42,441 nucleotides of DNA. Origin: Trichomonas gallinae (taxonomy: Eukaryota). Of this stretch, positions 10,228 to 21,129 are shown in pieces. Position 1 is the stretch's first letter. Each line of letters opens with the position of its first letter. A program made the position numbers and the translations under genes. Where the stretch lies: assembly GCA_008369845.1 (NCBI GenBank), contig MRSU01000045.1:1-42441 (forward strand). Direction: 5' to 3'. Under the pieces are notes generated by a model, which did no database searches, was not told where the DNA came from, and was given only the letters and a program-made list of their open reading frames with translations.

Positions 10228-13200
10228 ATGAGTGACGAAAAGCGGACTGTGATTGCTCTCAAAGAGCAACTCAACGCTAAAGGAAAGCCACTCTTTAAAG
10301 GCAACTCCATTCGCACTCATAAATACACTATATTAACTTTCTTACCGTTAAATCTTTATCATCAATTCTCGAGACTTGCGAACTTTTACTTTTTGATCAT
10401 CGTTTTACTCTTACAGTTCGACTGGGCTCCGATTTCCGCATCTGCGGCTTTGTTCCCGCTTACAATTGTTATAGGTATATCAGCAATTCGCGAAGCCATT
10501 GAAGATTTCCTCAGGTGGAGGAGTGATCAGAGGGTCAATGCCACACCAGCGATGAAATTAAAGGACGGAGCATTCACGAATTGCAGATGGGATGAAATTA
10601 TTGTTGGTGATTTTATAATGGTCAAGAAAAACGAGCAAGTTCCAGCTGATATAGTTTTGATATCGTCTAGCATACCAACTGGAAACACATACATTGATAC
10701 CTGCAACTTAGATGGCGAAACAAATCTGAAAATCAAACAGGCAATTAAACAGACAATGGAAATCACAGAACCACAACAACTCATCAATGCAACTATGCAG
10801 GTCGAGTGTGATTTGCCAAATAACAACTTATACACGTTTAATGGAAATATTACTGTAAATGGAAGCCAATATCCATTAGATGACTCAGCTCTTTTACTTA
10901 GAGGCTGCGTTTTGAGAAATACAGATCATATCATCGGTCTTGTCGTATATACTGGCCATGATACAAAAATTATGATGAATTCTTGCGATGCTCGCACAAA
11001 ACGTTCTAAACTCGAGCGTGGACTCAACTGGAAGCTCGTATCAATCTTCGTAACAATCTTAAGCCTTTCTCTCGCTGCTTCAATCGCCGGAATTATTTTC
11101 GAAACAAAAACAATCAACCACAACAGGATCTGGTACTTCTACAGGAACATGGAGAACCGCAGAAACCCAGCCTACGCGTTCTTTATCCTTTTTGTCAGTC
11201 ACATCATCGTCATCAACGCCATGATTCCGATTTCTCTTTACGTCACACTAGAAGTTGTCAGAGTTTTCCAGGCTATGTTTGTGACTATGGACTCTGAGAT
11301 GTACGATGTAGATATCGGCGTCGGCTGCAGCTCAAGAACAACAAACATTTCTGATGACTTGGGACAGATAGAATATATTTTCTCAGACAAAACAGGAACA
11401 TTGACGAGAAACGTCATGGATTTCATGAAGTGCTCGATAAATGGAGTGATTTACGGCAGCGGAGTCACAGAAGTAGGCTACGCAGCAGCAAAGAGACAAG
11501 GACTGAGTGTTCAGCCCCCGAAAGCGAACCAGAAATTCGAGGACGAAAAGTTCTTCAAACTCCTAAAAGAAGGTCCACCAGAAGAAATCAAGCATTTCCT
11601 TTTGTTATTGTCAACATGCCACGCTGTCATACCAGAGCCAGACAGCAACGCTAAGCACGGTGTCGCATTCAACGCGCCTTCTCCAGATGAAGGAGCACTG
11701 ACTGCAGCTGTCGCTGACATGGGCTACGTTTTCAAAGCTCGATCAGCAGATTCCATAACAGTCGAAATCAACGGAGAGGAAACAAAAATCGAGTTATTGG
11801 CAAACCTCGAATTCACGTCTGCAAGAAAGAGGTCATCTGTCGTTATTAGGCACCCAGACACAAACAAATATATATTGTACATGAAAGGCGCTGATGACAC
11901 AATATTGGAAAGATGCAAGGAAAAGACAGAAGTTGAAACACAAACGAGAGCTCACCTCACGGAATTCTCCAACAGCGGTTTAAGAACACTTTGCCTCGCA
12001 TACAAAGAACTAGATGAGGAGTGGGTCATAGGCTGGTCACAGAGATTGAAGGAAGCAAACTGCTTGGTAAATGGCCGCGAAGAAGCGGTTGAAACTGTTT
12101 GCGAAGAAATTGAGCGCGACGTAGTTTTAATTGGGGCAACTGCTATTGAAGACAAGCTCCAGGAAGGTGTCCCTGATGCCATCGACAGCATGCTGCGTGC
12201 TGGAATTCATGTGTGGATGATCACAGGAGACAAACGCGAGACAGCGATTAATATTGGTTTTGCATGCTCACTTTTGTCATCTGACATGTCGATTGTTACT
12301 ATTGACGAGCATTCCATAGCAACAGATATTGAGCGTGCTGAAGGAGCTCCTGGTGCAGAACTCGCTTTAGTCATTACAGGCTCAGCGATTCCGAAATTGC
12401 TTGAAGAATATGTCGACAGATTCATCGAATTGACAAAAAGATGCCACTCAGTTATCTGCTGCAGAGTTTCTCCAATTCAAAAAGCACACATCGTCAAAGT
12501 CATGCGCGAAAAGACTAAAGCTATGGCATTAGCTATCGGTGATGGAGCGAATGACGTCGGCATGATTTTGGAGGCAGATGTTGGTATTGGAATTTCAGGA
12601 AAAGAAGGCCGTCAGGCTGTTTTGGCATCTGACTATGCTTTCGGCAGATTCAGGTTCTTGAAGAGATTATTGCTCGTTCACGGAAGAATGAACTTGTATA
12701 GGAACATTGAGTGCATTTTCTACTCATTCTACAAGAACATGACATTTACTTTCAACCAGATGATCTTTGCTTGCTACTCGCATTTCTCTGGCCAAACAAT
12801 GTATGATTCTATGCTTTACACAGTTTTTAACGTTTTCTTCACATCAATTCCAATCGTTGCATTTTCAGCGTACGACAGAGATATACCACTAGAAGACATG
12901 ATGGAGTACCCAGAGCTCTACAAACTCGACGGAAAGAAGAAATGGTTGCAGAGCTATCCAAGATTTTTGTTGAATTTGTTGTATGGCGTCGCTCACGCTT
13001 TCGTTGCATTTTATCTCACTTTCTTGATGTGCGGATCTTTCGTTTCTCCTGATGGTTTCCAGGTTACACTCGCTGAATTCGCTGCCACTGTTTATCAGTG
13101 CGTCGTTGCAATTGTTAACGTGAAAATCGCTTGTTTGTTCAAATATTGGAACTGGATGCCTTGGTTATTCGTCTGGGGCTCAATTCTCATCTTCCCGTTG

Positions 13201-13473
13201 ATTCTTTTGCTCATTGATGTGATGAAGATCAGCAAGAACGTCAGAGGTTTGTCAATAAGGTGGCTGAGGATGCCGCAGATGTGGTTCGCAATGGTCGCTT
13301 CAATGATTTTGGTTTCCATTCCTTTGGTTATCGAAATTGTCATCAAATCAGGTATGAACACTTTGAAGAACAGAATCCTCTTGGCTAGAAAGCTCCAGAG
13401 GAAGAAATCACAGCGCGTCGGCACATCTTCAGAGCTCTCTGATGTTTCAAAGACAGCTGAAAGTATTTTGTAA
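10228..13473 (+). CDS. P4-type ATPase (phospholipid flippase), 1081 aa
   Basis: Carries DGETNLK, the TM4 PISLYVT motif, the phosphorylation site DKTGTLT, SPDEGAL, FTSARKR, GATAIEDKLQ, TGDK, CCRVSP and GDGAND, followed by C-terminal TM helices. Confidence 0.97.
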   Translation: MSDEKRTVIALKEQLNAKGKPLFKGNSIRTHKYTILTFLPLNLYHQFSRLANFYFLIIVLLLQFDWAPISASAALFPLTIVIGISAIREAIEDFLRWRSDQRVNATPAMKLKDGAFTNCRWDEIIVGDFIMVKKNEQVPADIVLISSSIPTGNTYIDTCNLDGETNLKIKQAIKQTMEITEPQQLINATMQVECDLPNNNLYTFNGNITVNGSQYPLDDSALLLRGCVLRNTDHIIGLVVYTGHDTKIMMNSCDARTKRSKLERGLNWKLVSIFVTILSLSLAASIAGIIFETKTINHNRIWYFYRNMENRRNPAYAFFILFVSHIIVINAMIPISLYVTLEVVRVFQAMFVTMDSEMYDVDIGVGCSSRTTNISDDLGQIEYIFSDKTGTLTRNVMDFMKCSINGVIYGSGVTEVGYAAAKRQGLSVQPPKANQKFEDEKFFKLLKEGPPEEIKHFLLLLSTCHAVIPEPDSNAKHGVAFNAPSPDEGALTAAVADMGYVFKARSADSITVEINGEETKIELLANLEFTSARKRSSVVIRHPDTNKYILYMKGADDTILERCKEKTEVETQTRAHLTEFSNSGLRTLCLAYKELDEEWVIGWSQRLKEANCLVNGREEAVETVCEEIERDVVLIGATAIEDKLQEGVPDAIDSMLRAGIHVWMITGDKRETAINIGFACSLLSSDMSIVTIDEHSIATDIERAEGAPGAELALVITGSAIPKLLEEYVDRFIELTKRCHSVICCRVSPIQKAHIVKVMREKTKAMALAIGDGANDVGMILEADVGIGISGKEGRQAVLASDYAFGRFRFLKRLLLVHGRMNLYRNIECIFYSFYKNMTFTFNQMIFACYSHFSGQTMYDSMLYTVFNVFFTSIPIVAFSAYDRDIPLEDMMEYPELYKLDGKKKWLQSYPRFLLNLLYGVAHAFVAFYLTFLMCGSFVSPDGFQVTLAEFAATVYQCVVAIVNVKIACLFKYWNWMPWLFVWGSILIFPLILLLIDVMKISKNVRGLSIRWLRMPQMWFAMVASMILVSIPLVIEIVIKSGMNTLKNRILLARKLQRKKSQRVGTSSELSDVSKTAESIL

Positions 13474-13762
13474 TTTTTATTTATTTTGTTTTTCTTCTAT
13501 CTTATTTATTAAAACTATTCATATTTGCTATTTAATATACTTTAAATCCTCTAAAATAGCAATAAATCAATTTTATAAAATATTTTTTAATTTTTCCACA
13601 TTTTAACGCAAATGTTTTAAAATAATGAGTTTTTCTGGCGATAAATGTTGTTTTTGGTCTTTGTTGTTGATGCTTTTGACAATATATTATTTTGAAAAAT
13701 ATTATTATGCTCAAAATAAATTTGGAATAAAAATAAAATGATATTTAATTACAAGGACATGA

Positions 13763-14629
13763 TTATTCAGGAATCATAGTATTCTGGTCAAATATTTTAT
13801 CATTATAGGTTTTTGCAAGAGTTTCTTGAGAAATCTGCTGGAATATGCCAACAAATTTCAACTTTTGCTGTTTAAGTTCAGCATTTTCTTTCTCAAGTTG
13901 CTCAATTTTGAGTTCTAATTCAGGGTTTACTATATTTTCAGCTTTAGCTGAACTATGACAGTTGATAAAACCGCATAATGACCCAACTGTATAGGAACGC
14001 AGCGTATTTAGGATTTTTATTGATTTATTTTTATCGAATTTTGTTGAATCAGAAGTAAATTGCATATTTTGGATATTTTCTGTTTTTTCTTGATATAATT
14101 TTGATTGATGACGTGTAAGGAATGTTTCACTTGTGCAAACAAGATTTGAAATTTCATTTATAGTAAACTTTGGATATTGACACAAAATCCAACCGGATTG
14201 AATCTTTTCTTGTAGAAGAGAAGCCAAAGGATGGCTTTGTAAATGCTGTATTTCTTTATTTGATATCGTTTGATCATTAATAGTCGTAAGCTGATATCCA
14301 AATGCATAAATTGCTGATATATGTGGGAATGGTAAGTTTGCCAATGGAGTATTTATAAATTTCAAAGATTTCAACGAATTCATATTCTTTGTTCCTTGAA
14401 AACTGGATATATTCGTGCCAGATATATCTAAACTTACTATATTTTCGTGATTGAGTATTCCGGACCAACAGTTTATGCACTTATTTGATAAATCTAAATT
14501 TTGAGAAAAATTTGGTGGAATTTCATCAAATCCGGGGCATTCTGGTGGTATTATATATGGATCCTTTTTAACTTCGGCCTTTTTCGCAGGCGAAGGCTTC
14601 GGTTTCTGCTTAAACACATTTTTCTTCAT
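13763..14629 (-). CDS. Short leucine-rich-repeat protein with a C-terminal coiled coil
   Basis: LRR-like units 'NLDLSNKCIN', 'SLDISGTNISSF' and 'SLKFINTPLA', a cap-like 'LTTINDQTIS' segment, and a heptad region 'LELKIEQLEKENAELKQQ'. Confidence 0.7.
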   Translation of the reverse strand: MKKNVFKQKPKPSPAKKAEVKKDPYIIPPECPGFDEIPPNFSQNLDLSNKCINCWSGILNHENIVSLDISGTNISSFQGTKNMNSLKSLKFINTPLANLPFPHISAIYAFGYQLTTINDQTISNKEIQHLQSHPLASLLQEKIQSGWILCQYPKFTINEISNLVCTSETFLTRHQSKLYQEKTENIQNMQFTSDSTKFDKNKSIKILNTLRSYTVGSLCGFINCHSSAKAENIVNPELELKIEQLEKENAELKQQKLKFVGIFQQISQETLAKTYNDKIFDQNTMIPE

Positions 14630-14834
14630 AATTTGAGAAATTTGTCGCTTTACACGTCAAATGACAAATTTATTGACAAATTTTCTATTTTAATGCACAA
14701 CCGTTAAATGTCACTGTTGTAGTTATTTATTACTCATCAAAACATTTATACACATGAAAGCAAATATACACGCAGCAAAATTATTCGTTTTCAATATTAA
14801 CAAAAAAGTTTTAATACACAAAAACATTAAAAAA

Positions 14835-17800
14835 TTAAGCGTCATCTTCATCATCTTCGAAATCATCTGATAAGATATCTTTTTCTTCCGAATTTAATTC
14901 TTCATCTTCCTCCTCCTCTACTTTCTTCTTCTTTTTATTCAAGGACTTGTTTAAGAGAGTGCTCAAAGCAGTTTTCCTCTTTTTCTTCTTAGAAGCCTTT
15001 TTATCTTCCTCTTCATCATCATCTTCCTCATCTTCATCTTCAAAGTCGTCATCATCATTATCTTCTTCGTCCTCCTCTTCTTTATCATCTTCTTCGAGTT
15101 CATCATCGTCGTCTTTATCATCTTCTTCGTCCTCTTCTTCTTTTTCTTCTTCCTCCTTGGATTCTTCTTCTTTCTCATCATCTTCCTCTGCTTCGTCCTT
15201 TTCATCATCATCCTCGTCTTCTTCTTCTATCTTTGGTCTCTTGTACTTGTTAAGCATGGAAGTGAGTGCACTTGGCTTTGGCTTAGGCTTTTCTTCTTCC
15301 TTCTTTTTCTGTTCTTCTTCTTTCTTCTTTTGCTCTTCTTTGGCTTTGTTGTTTGCTCGGAGTCTGTCCATTAACGACATTCTCTTAGGAGGTTCTTCCT
15401 GTGGCTTGATCTCGCGTTCCTGTGAAACTTCTGGTTCCTGTTTAGCTGGCTCTAGCTTCTTCTCTTCCTGAGGCTTTTGCGATGATAATAAACCAGAAAA
15501 TAGACCTCTCTTCTGTTCCTGTGGTTTTTCTTCTGGCTTCTTCTCTTCGACTTTTTCTTCTTCAGCTGGCTTCTCTTCTTCGGTGTTGTCCATTGCGCCT
15601 AAAAGGCTAGAAAGCAAGCCTGATTTTGGCTTCTCTTCTTCATCCTTTGGCTTTTCTTTTTCTTTGACTTCCTCTGCTTTATCTTCCTCTTCTTTAGGTT
15701 TCTCTTCTTCTGGTTTCTTGTCTGTTGCACTGAGAAGGCCATCGAGTAAACCAGCCTTAGGCTTTTCTTCCTCTTCTTGTTTTGGCTCAGCTTTTTCTTC
15801 TTTTTGAGGTTTTTCTTCGCTTTGTTTTGGTTCTTCGATTTCGTCGATTGCGTTGATGATATCTGATATTAAGCTCGGCTTATGCTTTGGCAGCTCTTCT
15901 TCTTGATGTTTAGCTTCTGCCTCGAAATCTCTGTCTTTGACTTCTTCTTCGTCCTTTGGCTTTTCTTCATCCTCTTCTTTCTTATCTTCTTGTTTATCAA
16001 GTCCGCCAAGAAGATTTGAAAGCAAACTTGTCTTTGGCTTTTCCTCTTCTTTCTTCTCTTCTTCTTCGGCAGGCTTTTCTTCCGGTTTATCTTCTTCTTC
16101 CTTCATCTTGTCTTCGTCAGATTCGAAGTCGTCGAAATCTTCATCGTCATTTTCTTCCTTCTTCTCTTCTTCAGGTGGTTCTTCTTCTTTATCAGCAATG
16201 AGAGATCTCTTTAGAAGACCAGAAAGAAGTGGTTCCTTCTTATCCTCTTCTTCCTTCTTCCCTTCAAAGTTTTTCTCTTCGCTGTCATCCTCGAAATCAT
16301 CATCGTCATCTTTTTCTTCTTCTTTCTTCTCTTCCTTATTATCACCTTTGTCGGCTAAAGATTTCTTGAAATGACCAGCAAACAACGAATCCTTCTTTCC
16401 TTCTTCATTTTCTGGCTTTTCATCTTCAACTTTTTCATCATCTACTTTTTCTTCTGGCTTTTCTTCGTCATTTTCTGGTTTCTTTTCTTCTGGGTTGAAG
16501 GAACGGTTGAGGAATCCACCTAATAGTGGTTCTTTCTTCTTTTCTTCTTCAGCTGGTTTCTTCTCTTCACTGTCATCATCATCTTCAAAGTCGTCATCAT
16601 CAACTTTTTCTTCCTTCTTTTCGTGAAGAAGTTTTTCTTGAAGAAGTTCGCTGAGTCCTTTTTCTTTCTTATCTCCTTCTTCGGCTTTTTCTTCTTCCTT
16701 TGGCTTCTCTTCTTCTTTTGTTGAAAGAGAGCCTTGAAGGAGTCCAGCCAGAAGTAGTCCTTCTTTCTTTTTAGCTGGCTTCTCTTCTTTTTCTATATCA
16801 TTTTCGACCTTGTTGACGGTTTCTTTGACTTTGTCCTCGATTTCTCTTTCTTTCTCAGCCTCTTCATCATTGCTCTTGTCTTTGTTCTCACTCAGAGCGT
16901 TCTGAAGGAGATTGGAGAGCAATGTCTTCTTCTCTTCTTCGTGTTTCTCCTCTTCTTCATCGCGTTTGTCGAGATCTGCATCAGATTCGAAGTCTTCGAA
17001 ATCTTCATCGTCATCTTCCTTCTTTTCCTCTTCTTCCTTCTTCTTCTCTTCCTTTTCATGTGAAAGAGCATTTTCAAGCAAGCCGGCAAGTAGTGGTTTA
17101 TCCTTTGGCTTCTCTTCATCTTCGAAGTCATCATCATTCTTTTCTTCTTCTTCGTGTTTCTCGTCATCTTCGAAATCATCTTCATCTTTCTTCTCTTCTT
17201 CGAGCTTTTCGTTAACTGCTTCGGCAAGATTCAACTCATCTTTCTTCTCCTCTTCTTCATTTGGCTTCTTCTCGTCCTCAAAATCTCTCTCTACATTCTT
17301 ATTTTCTTCTTCTTTCGGCTTCTCTTCTTCGTCTTTCTGCTCTTTCTCTTGGTCAATGAGTTTGTCTTTAAGGAGTCCAGCAAGAAGTGGCTCGTCTTTG
17401 TTTTCTGGTTGATTTTCTTTGCCATCTTCATCCATTGCATCGATTTTGTCCTTGAGAACATCAGCAAGCTCTTTTTCTTTTGCCTCTTCTTCAACTTCTG
17501 ACTCGAAGTCGTCATCATCTTTCTTCTCTTCTTCTTCCTTTGGCTTCTTTTCGTCCATAACTTCTTTGAGGAGGCCAGCGAGAAGTGGTTCTTTCTTTTC
17601 CTGTTCTTCTCCTTTCTTTTCTTCTTCTTTCTCGAACTCATCATCCTCTTTCTTCTTCTCATCTTCTTCCTTCTTGTCAGCATCTGATTCGAAATCTTCA
17701 TCGTCTTTATGTTCTTCGACTTCTTTCTTCACGGCATCAGACTCAAAATCTTCATCTTCCTTCTTTTCATCATCATCTTTAATATCAAGTTTATCTTTAA

Positions 17801-19718
17801 GTAAACCAGCGAGTAAAGGTTCATCCTTCTTCTCTTCATTTTCTTTATTTTCATCTTTTTCATCATTAGCTAAGTCTGATTCAATTTCTTTTTCTTTATC
17901 TTCATCGTCTAATTTCTTTTCATTGACTTTTTCATCATCTGATATAATTTCGTTTTTATCTTCGTCATCAGATTTCTTTTCTGCTTTTTCATCATCTGAT
18001 TTATTTTTGATTTCTTTTTCATTCTTTTCTGTTTCTTCTGGCTTCTTTTCGTCATCCATTGCGTCGAGTTTTTCTCTGAGAATGCCTCCTAGATCTTTTT
18101 CTTTTGCTTCGTGTTTGTCTTCTTCCTCATCATTCTTTTCTTCCTCTTTTTCTATTTCTTCCGGTTCGTTTTCATCGCCTTCTGGCTTCTTTTCTTCGTT
18201 CTCTGACTCAGAATCAGAGAATTTTGCAGATGTCTGCTCATCTTCTTTCTTTTCTTCTTGTTTGGAAGATTCTGTAAATTCGTCATGATTTTCTTCGTCA
18301 TCGCTTGATGATGATTTCCTTGAATCAGAGTCCATAGGATTGACCTCGAATCCTTTGTTTGTTGGGCCGAATGACGCTTCTGCAGAAATAATTGCAGATC
18401 CGTGCATTGGGCGAGTAGAATCGCCCGCAGAAGCTTCCTCGAATGAGGAGCTGAGCTCTTCTTCGTTGAATGTTTTGTCTGTTCTCTTCGAGGAAGTTGA
18501 AATTGGAGATGGAATTTGTGAATTCTTATCTGTTTTCGATGAAATTGAAGATGCGATTGATTTGGCCGAATTTGATGAGTGTGTTGATATTTGTGACTTT
18601 TCTTCTCCATTTGCAAATCTTGGAGAAACTTGAATTGCAACAGAAACCATCGGCTGTTTAACAGGAGATTGCTGGTGTAATTTAGGAAGCTGCGATTGAT
18701 TGGATTTCTTTTTCGCTCTCTTCTTTGGCTTATTTGTTGTGATTGGAACTAATCTGTTGGATTCGATTGTTCGTAATGATGAATTTGTCGTAGCATCGCG
18801 TGTAGGTGGAAGACCTGTGGTAATCGAGCGTGGCTTCGGCTCAGGTTCTATTGGACGATAAATCATTCCAGCGCTTCTTTCTATTAACCTTTGGCGAAGT
18901 CTTTTGCGTTGGTTGAGGAATTGCTGCATTTCGGTTTCTTGTCTGTTTGTTAAATGTTGGCGCGCATTCATATAATCATTTTGAAATTGCTGCTGAATTT
19001 TTTCATTTTCTTCGTATCTCATAGCATTGATTTGCATACGGACTTCTTCCGCTGCATCAACGTCGCCTTCTGCCATGTATTCTTTCTCTTTTTCTTCGAG
19101 ATCGGTCAATTTTGAATCATCGTAGACATAACGAGCTGCTTTATCATTCCAAACTTTTTCGAAGTGTTGTAGTTCGCTGAAATGTTGATTTTCAATCTGT
19201 TTTTTCTTTACATTTGTATTTTGATCAAATTCTGCGACAATTGGATCACTTCTGTGTGTTAGTATTATCTTAAAAACGGCATCTCTTCGCTAAAGTGAGG
19301 AGAAATGCCAAAAAAATACATACGATTTCTTGTTTTCTTGCTGTGACTTAGCAAATTTTTGACTTGTTGCTGTTTGTTGGAGGAACGCTTCAAGTTCTCT
19401 CGATTGCATCTGTATTTCTCTAGAAAGATACAAATTTAGCTGCTGAGATTTTTTTGCTTCGTCGTACATCCTATTTTGGATGCAATATGATAAATATTCA
19501 TTATTATTCTCTTGAACCTTTATCAATTTCGGCATTTCTATGCCTGTGAAATCAGGATATTCCAACAATTGCTCTCTAATTTGATCAATTTCTGGCGTAT
19601 CGTAGCCTTTTGACGTTTGCTGCTGGTGTGTTTTCGCTGGTGCTCGCCTCATTGATGATCGAACGCCTGCTTTTGGCCGAAGGATCGCAGGCTCGCTGTG
19701 TTTCCCTCGAGCGTTCAT
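14835..19718 (-). CDS. Two-exon gene, complement(join(14835..19251,19324..19718)), ~1603 aa: N-terminal coiled-coil domain plus a long E/K/D-rich low-complexity repeat region
   Basis: ORFs 19290..19718 and 14835..19109 are in the same frame. Removing the 72-nt intron 19252..19323 removes the in-frame TAG and gives a continuous reading ...QENKK-S-SDPIVAEFDQNTNVKKKQIENQHFSELQHFEKVWNDKAARYVYDDSKLTDLEEK... Confidence 0.88.
19252..19323 (-). other. Spliceosomal intron (72 nt), trichomonad type
   Basis: The minus strand has 5' site GTATGT (19323-19318) and the fused branch point/3' site ACTAACACACAG (19263-19252), the canonical T. vaginalis intron motif. It is phase 2 and contains a stop codon. 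Confidence 0.92.
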
Positions 19719-19854
19719 TTTGTAAAGTTTGGTTTACAAAAACGATTTTTTTGTAAAGTTTTCGAATTTCGATTTTTATTCGATATATCTATATTATGAT
19801 CCATTTCTGATCTAAAATATGAAAATTGGACTTTTTAAAAATAAATAAGATTAT

Positions 19855-19865
19855 TGACACGTAAA
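19855..19865 (-). promoter_or_regulatory. TTTACGTGTCA upstream motif
   Basis: Plus strand TGACACGTAAA, in sense orientation ~136 bp upstream of ATG 19718. Confidence 0.45.
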
Positions 19866-21116
19866 CTGAGTCAAAACTTAATATTTAACATTCTATTTTT
19901 ATTTGATTATTCTATGTTTCAGATTGTTTTCGATCTAAAAATATGAAAATCGAGAAAAAAAAAGTATAAATATTCATCGAGAGAATTTCCTCGATTAAAC
20001 ATGGAAGATTATTCGCTAGAACTAAATATGGATTTTAATTCGCAATATCAAATGCATACACAGAAATTTGAAAAATGCAAATCGATAAAAGTCTATGTCA
20101 TTGAACCTTATTTTACATTGAAATGCAATATCTGTGCCATTTATAATCGAATAAACACTCCAAAATTTAATTCGGAGATCATTTGAAATTAAAATAATTT
20201 TTTATGAAGATAATGCGCTTTAATTTAGAATATATTCCACATTTGTAAGAAATTTCAATTTATAACAAATTTGATCCATTTTTGTTATCAAAACTCAATC
20301 AAATTTTATCTACAATTAAAAATTGGAAGCAATTACAATAAAAATATGCTGTGTAATAGTTATATAGGAGCAGTACATGACAGATTTCATCCTATTGTAA
20401 AGATGTAAAGGAAATTTTTTTTCCTTTGCATAATTGTAATTTACAATGCTATAAAGAAATATGTTATTCGAAAAAAATTACAATATTATTTGATTATGCT
20501 CTTAAAATTTCATAGCAAAAAAAGGCCATGCTTCGTAATCGGAAAAGTCTAGATACCATATCTATTATCATCGACCGAATTATCAACAAAAATCACTGCA
20601 ATACACGTTATTTTTTAAGACCATCTCTCAAATATTGTTAATTTTTCTTTTGGGAAAATATGATGCCAAATCGGTTGACATCGACTTAGTTTTGCATGCG
20701 CATGCCATTTTAAAGTAGAAATGATATCATCTTAGGTTCATTGAAAATTGATTTTCAATTCATTTTCATGACTATTTACTCATATATCATTATTACACAA
20801 TATTTTTCGGTAAAAATGCATCATTTTCTAAACAAGAATTTTTATGAGATAAGACACTTAAATATATTTCATTATAATAATAAACTAATTAGATTCAATA
20901 ATTTTTCATTTCCGAAAACAGCTTTCAATTTTTATGACCAATAAAAGCTCATTTTTAATATTGTCATGCATCATCGATTGATTTTATTTGAAGCCAATCA
21001 TTTTCTGATATTTTGAAACAAAACATCGAATTTTCTTCATTATTGCATTCGTTATCATGAATACATAATTAATTAATTTTTACACATTGAATGCTCTCAA
21101 ATATATTTTTTACATT

Positions 21117-21121
21117 TCATT
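21117..21121 (+). promoter_or_regulatory. Inr element TCATT
   Basis: TTTCATTTTTGCTGAATG; the Inr ends 8 nt before ATG 21130. Confidence 0.65.
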
Positions 21122-21129
21122 TTTGCTGA

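Noticed and set aside
14947..18661. Many long Ser/Phe-rich plus-strand ORFs and K/R/M-rich alternate-frame ORFs
   Set aside because: They are antisense or off-frame shadows of the GAA/GAT/AAG-rich acidic gene, where stop codons are rare by composition.
19290..19323. Shorter intron ending at CCTCACTTTAG
   Set aside because: At 34 nt it would shift the frame, and it lacks the ACTAAC branch motif, which is found at the downstream site.
19290..19718. Stand-alone 142-aa gene
   Set aside because: Its tail (YVFFWHFSSL-stop) is intron sequence; it is exon 1 of the larger gene.
19718..19741. Inverted repeat TTTTGTAAA-6nt-TTTACAAAA at the start codon, plus a nearby short direct repeat GATCTAAAA(A)TATGAAAAT (~19809 and ~19932)
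   Set aside because: Short and AT-rich, so likely by chance; there is no transposon terminal-repeat or target-site evidence.
20001..20944. Short ORFs and possibly decayed coding sequence (similarly 2230-2600 and 23300-23760)
   Set aside because: No recognisable motifs and frequent stops; a pseudogene call would need a translated search.
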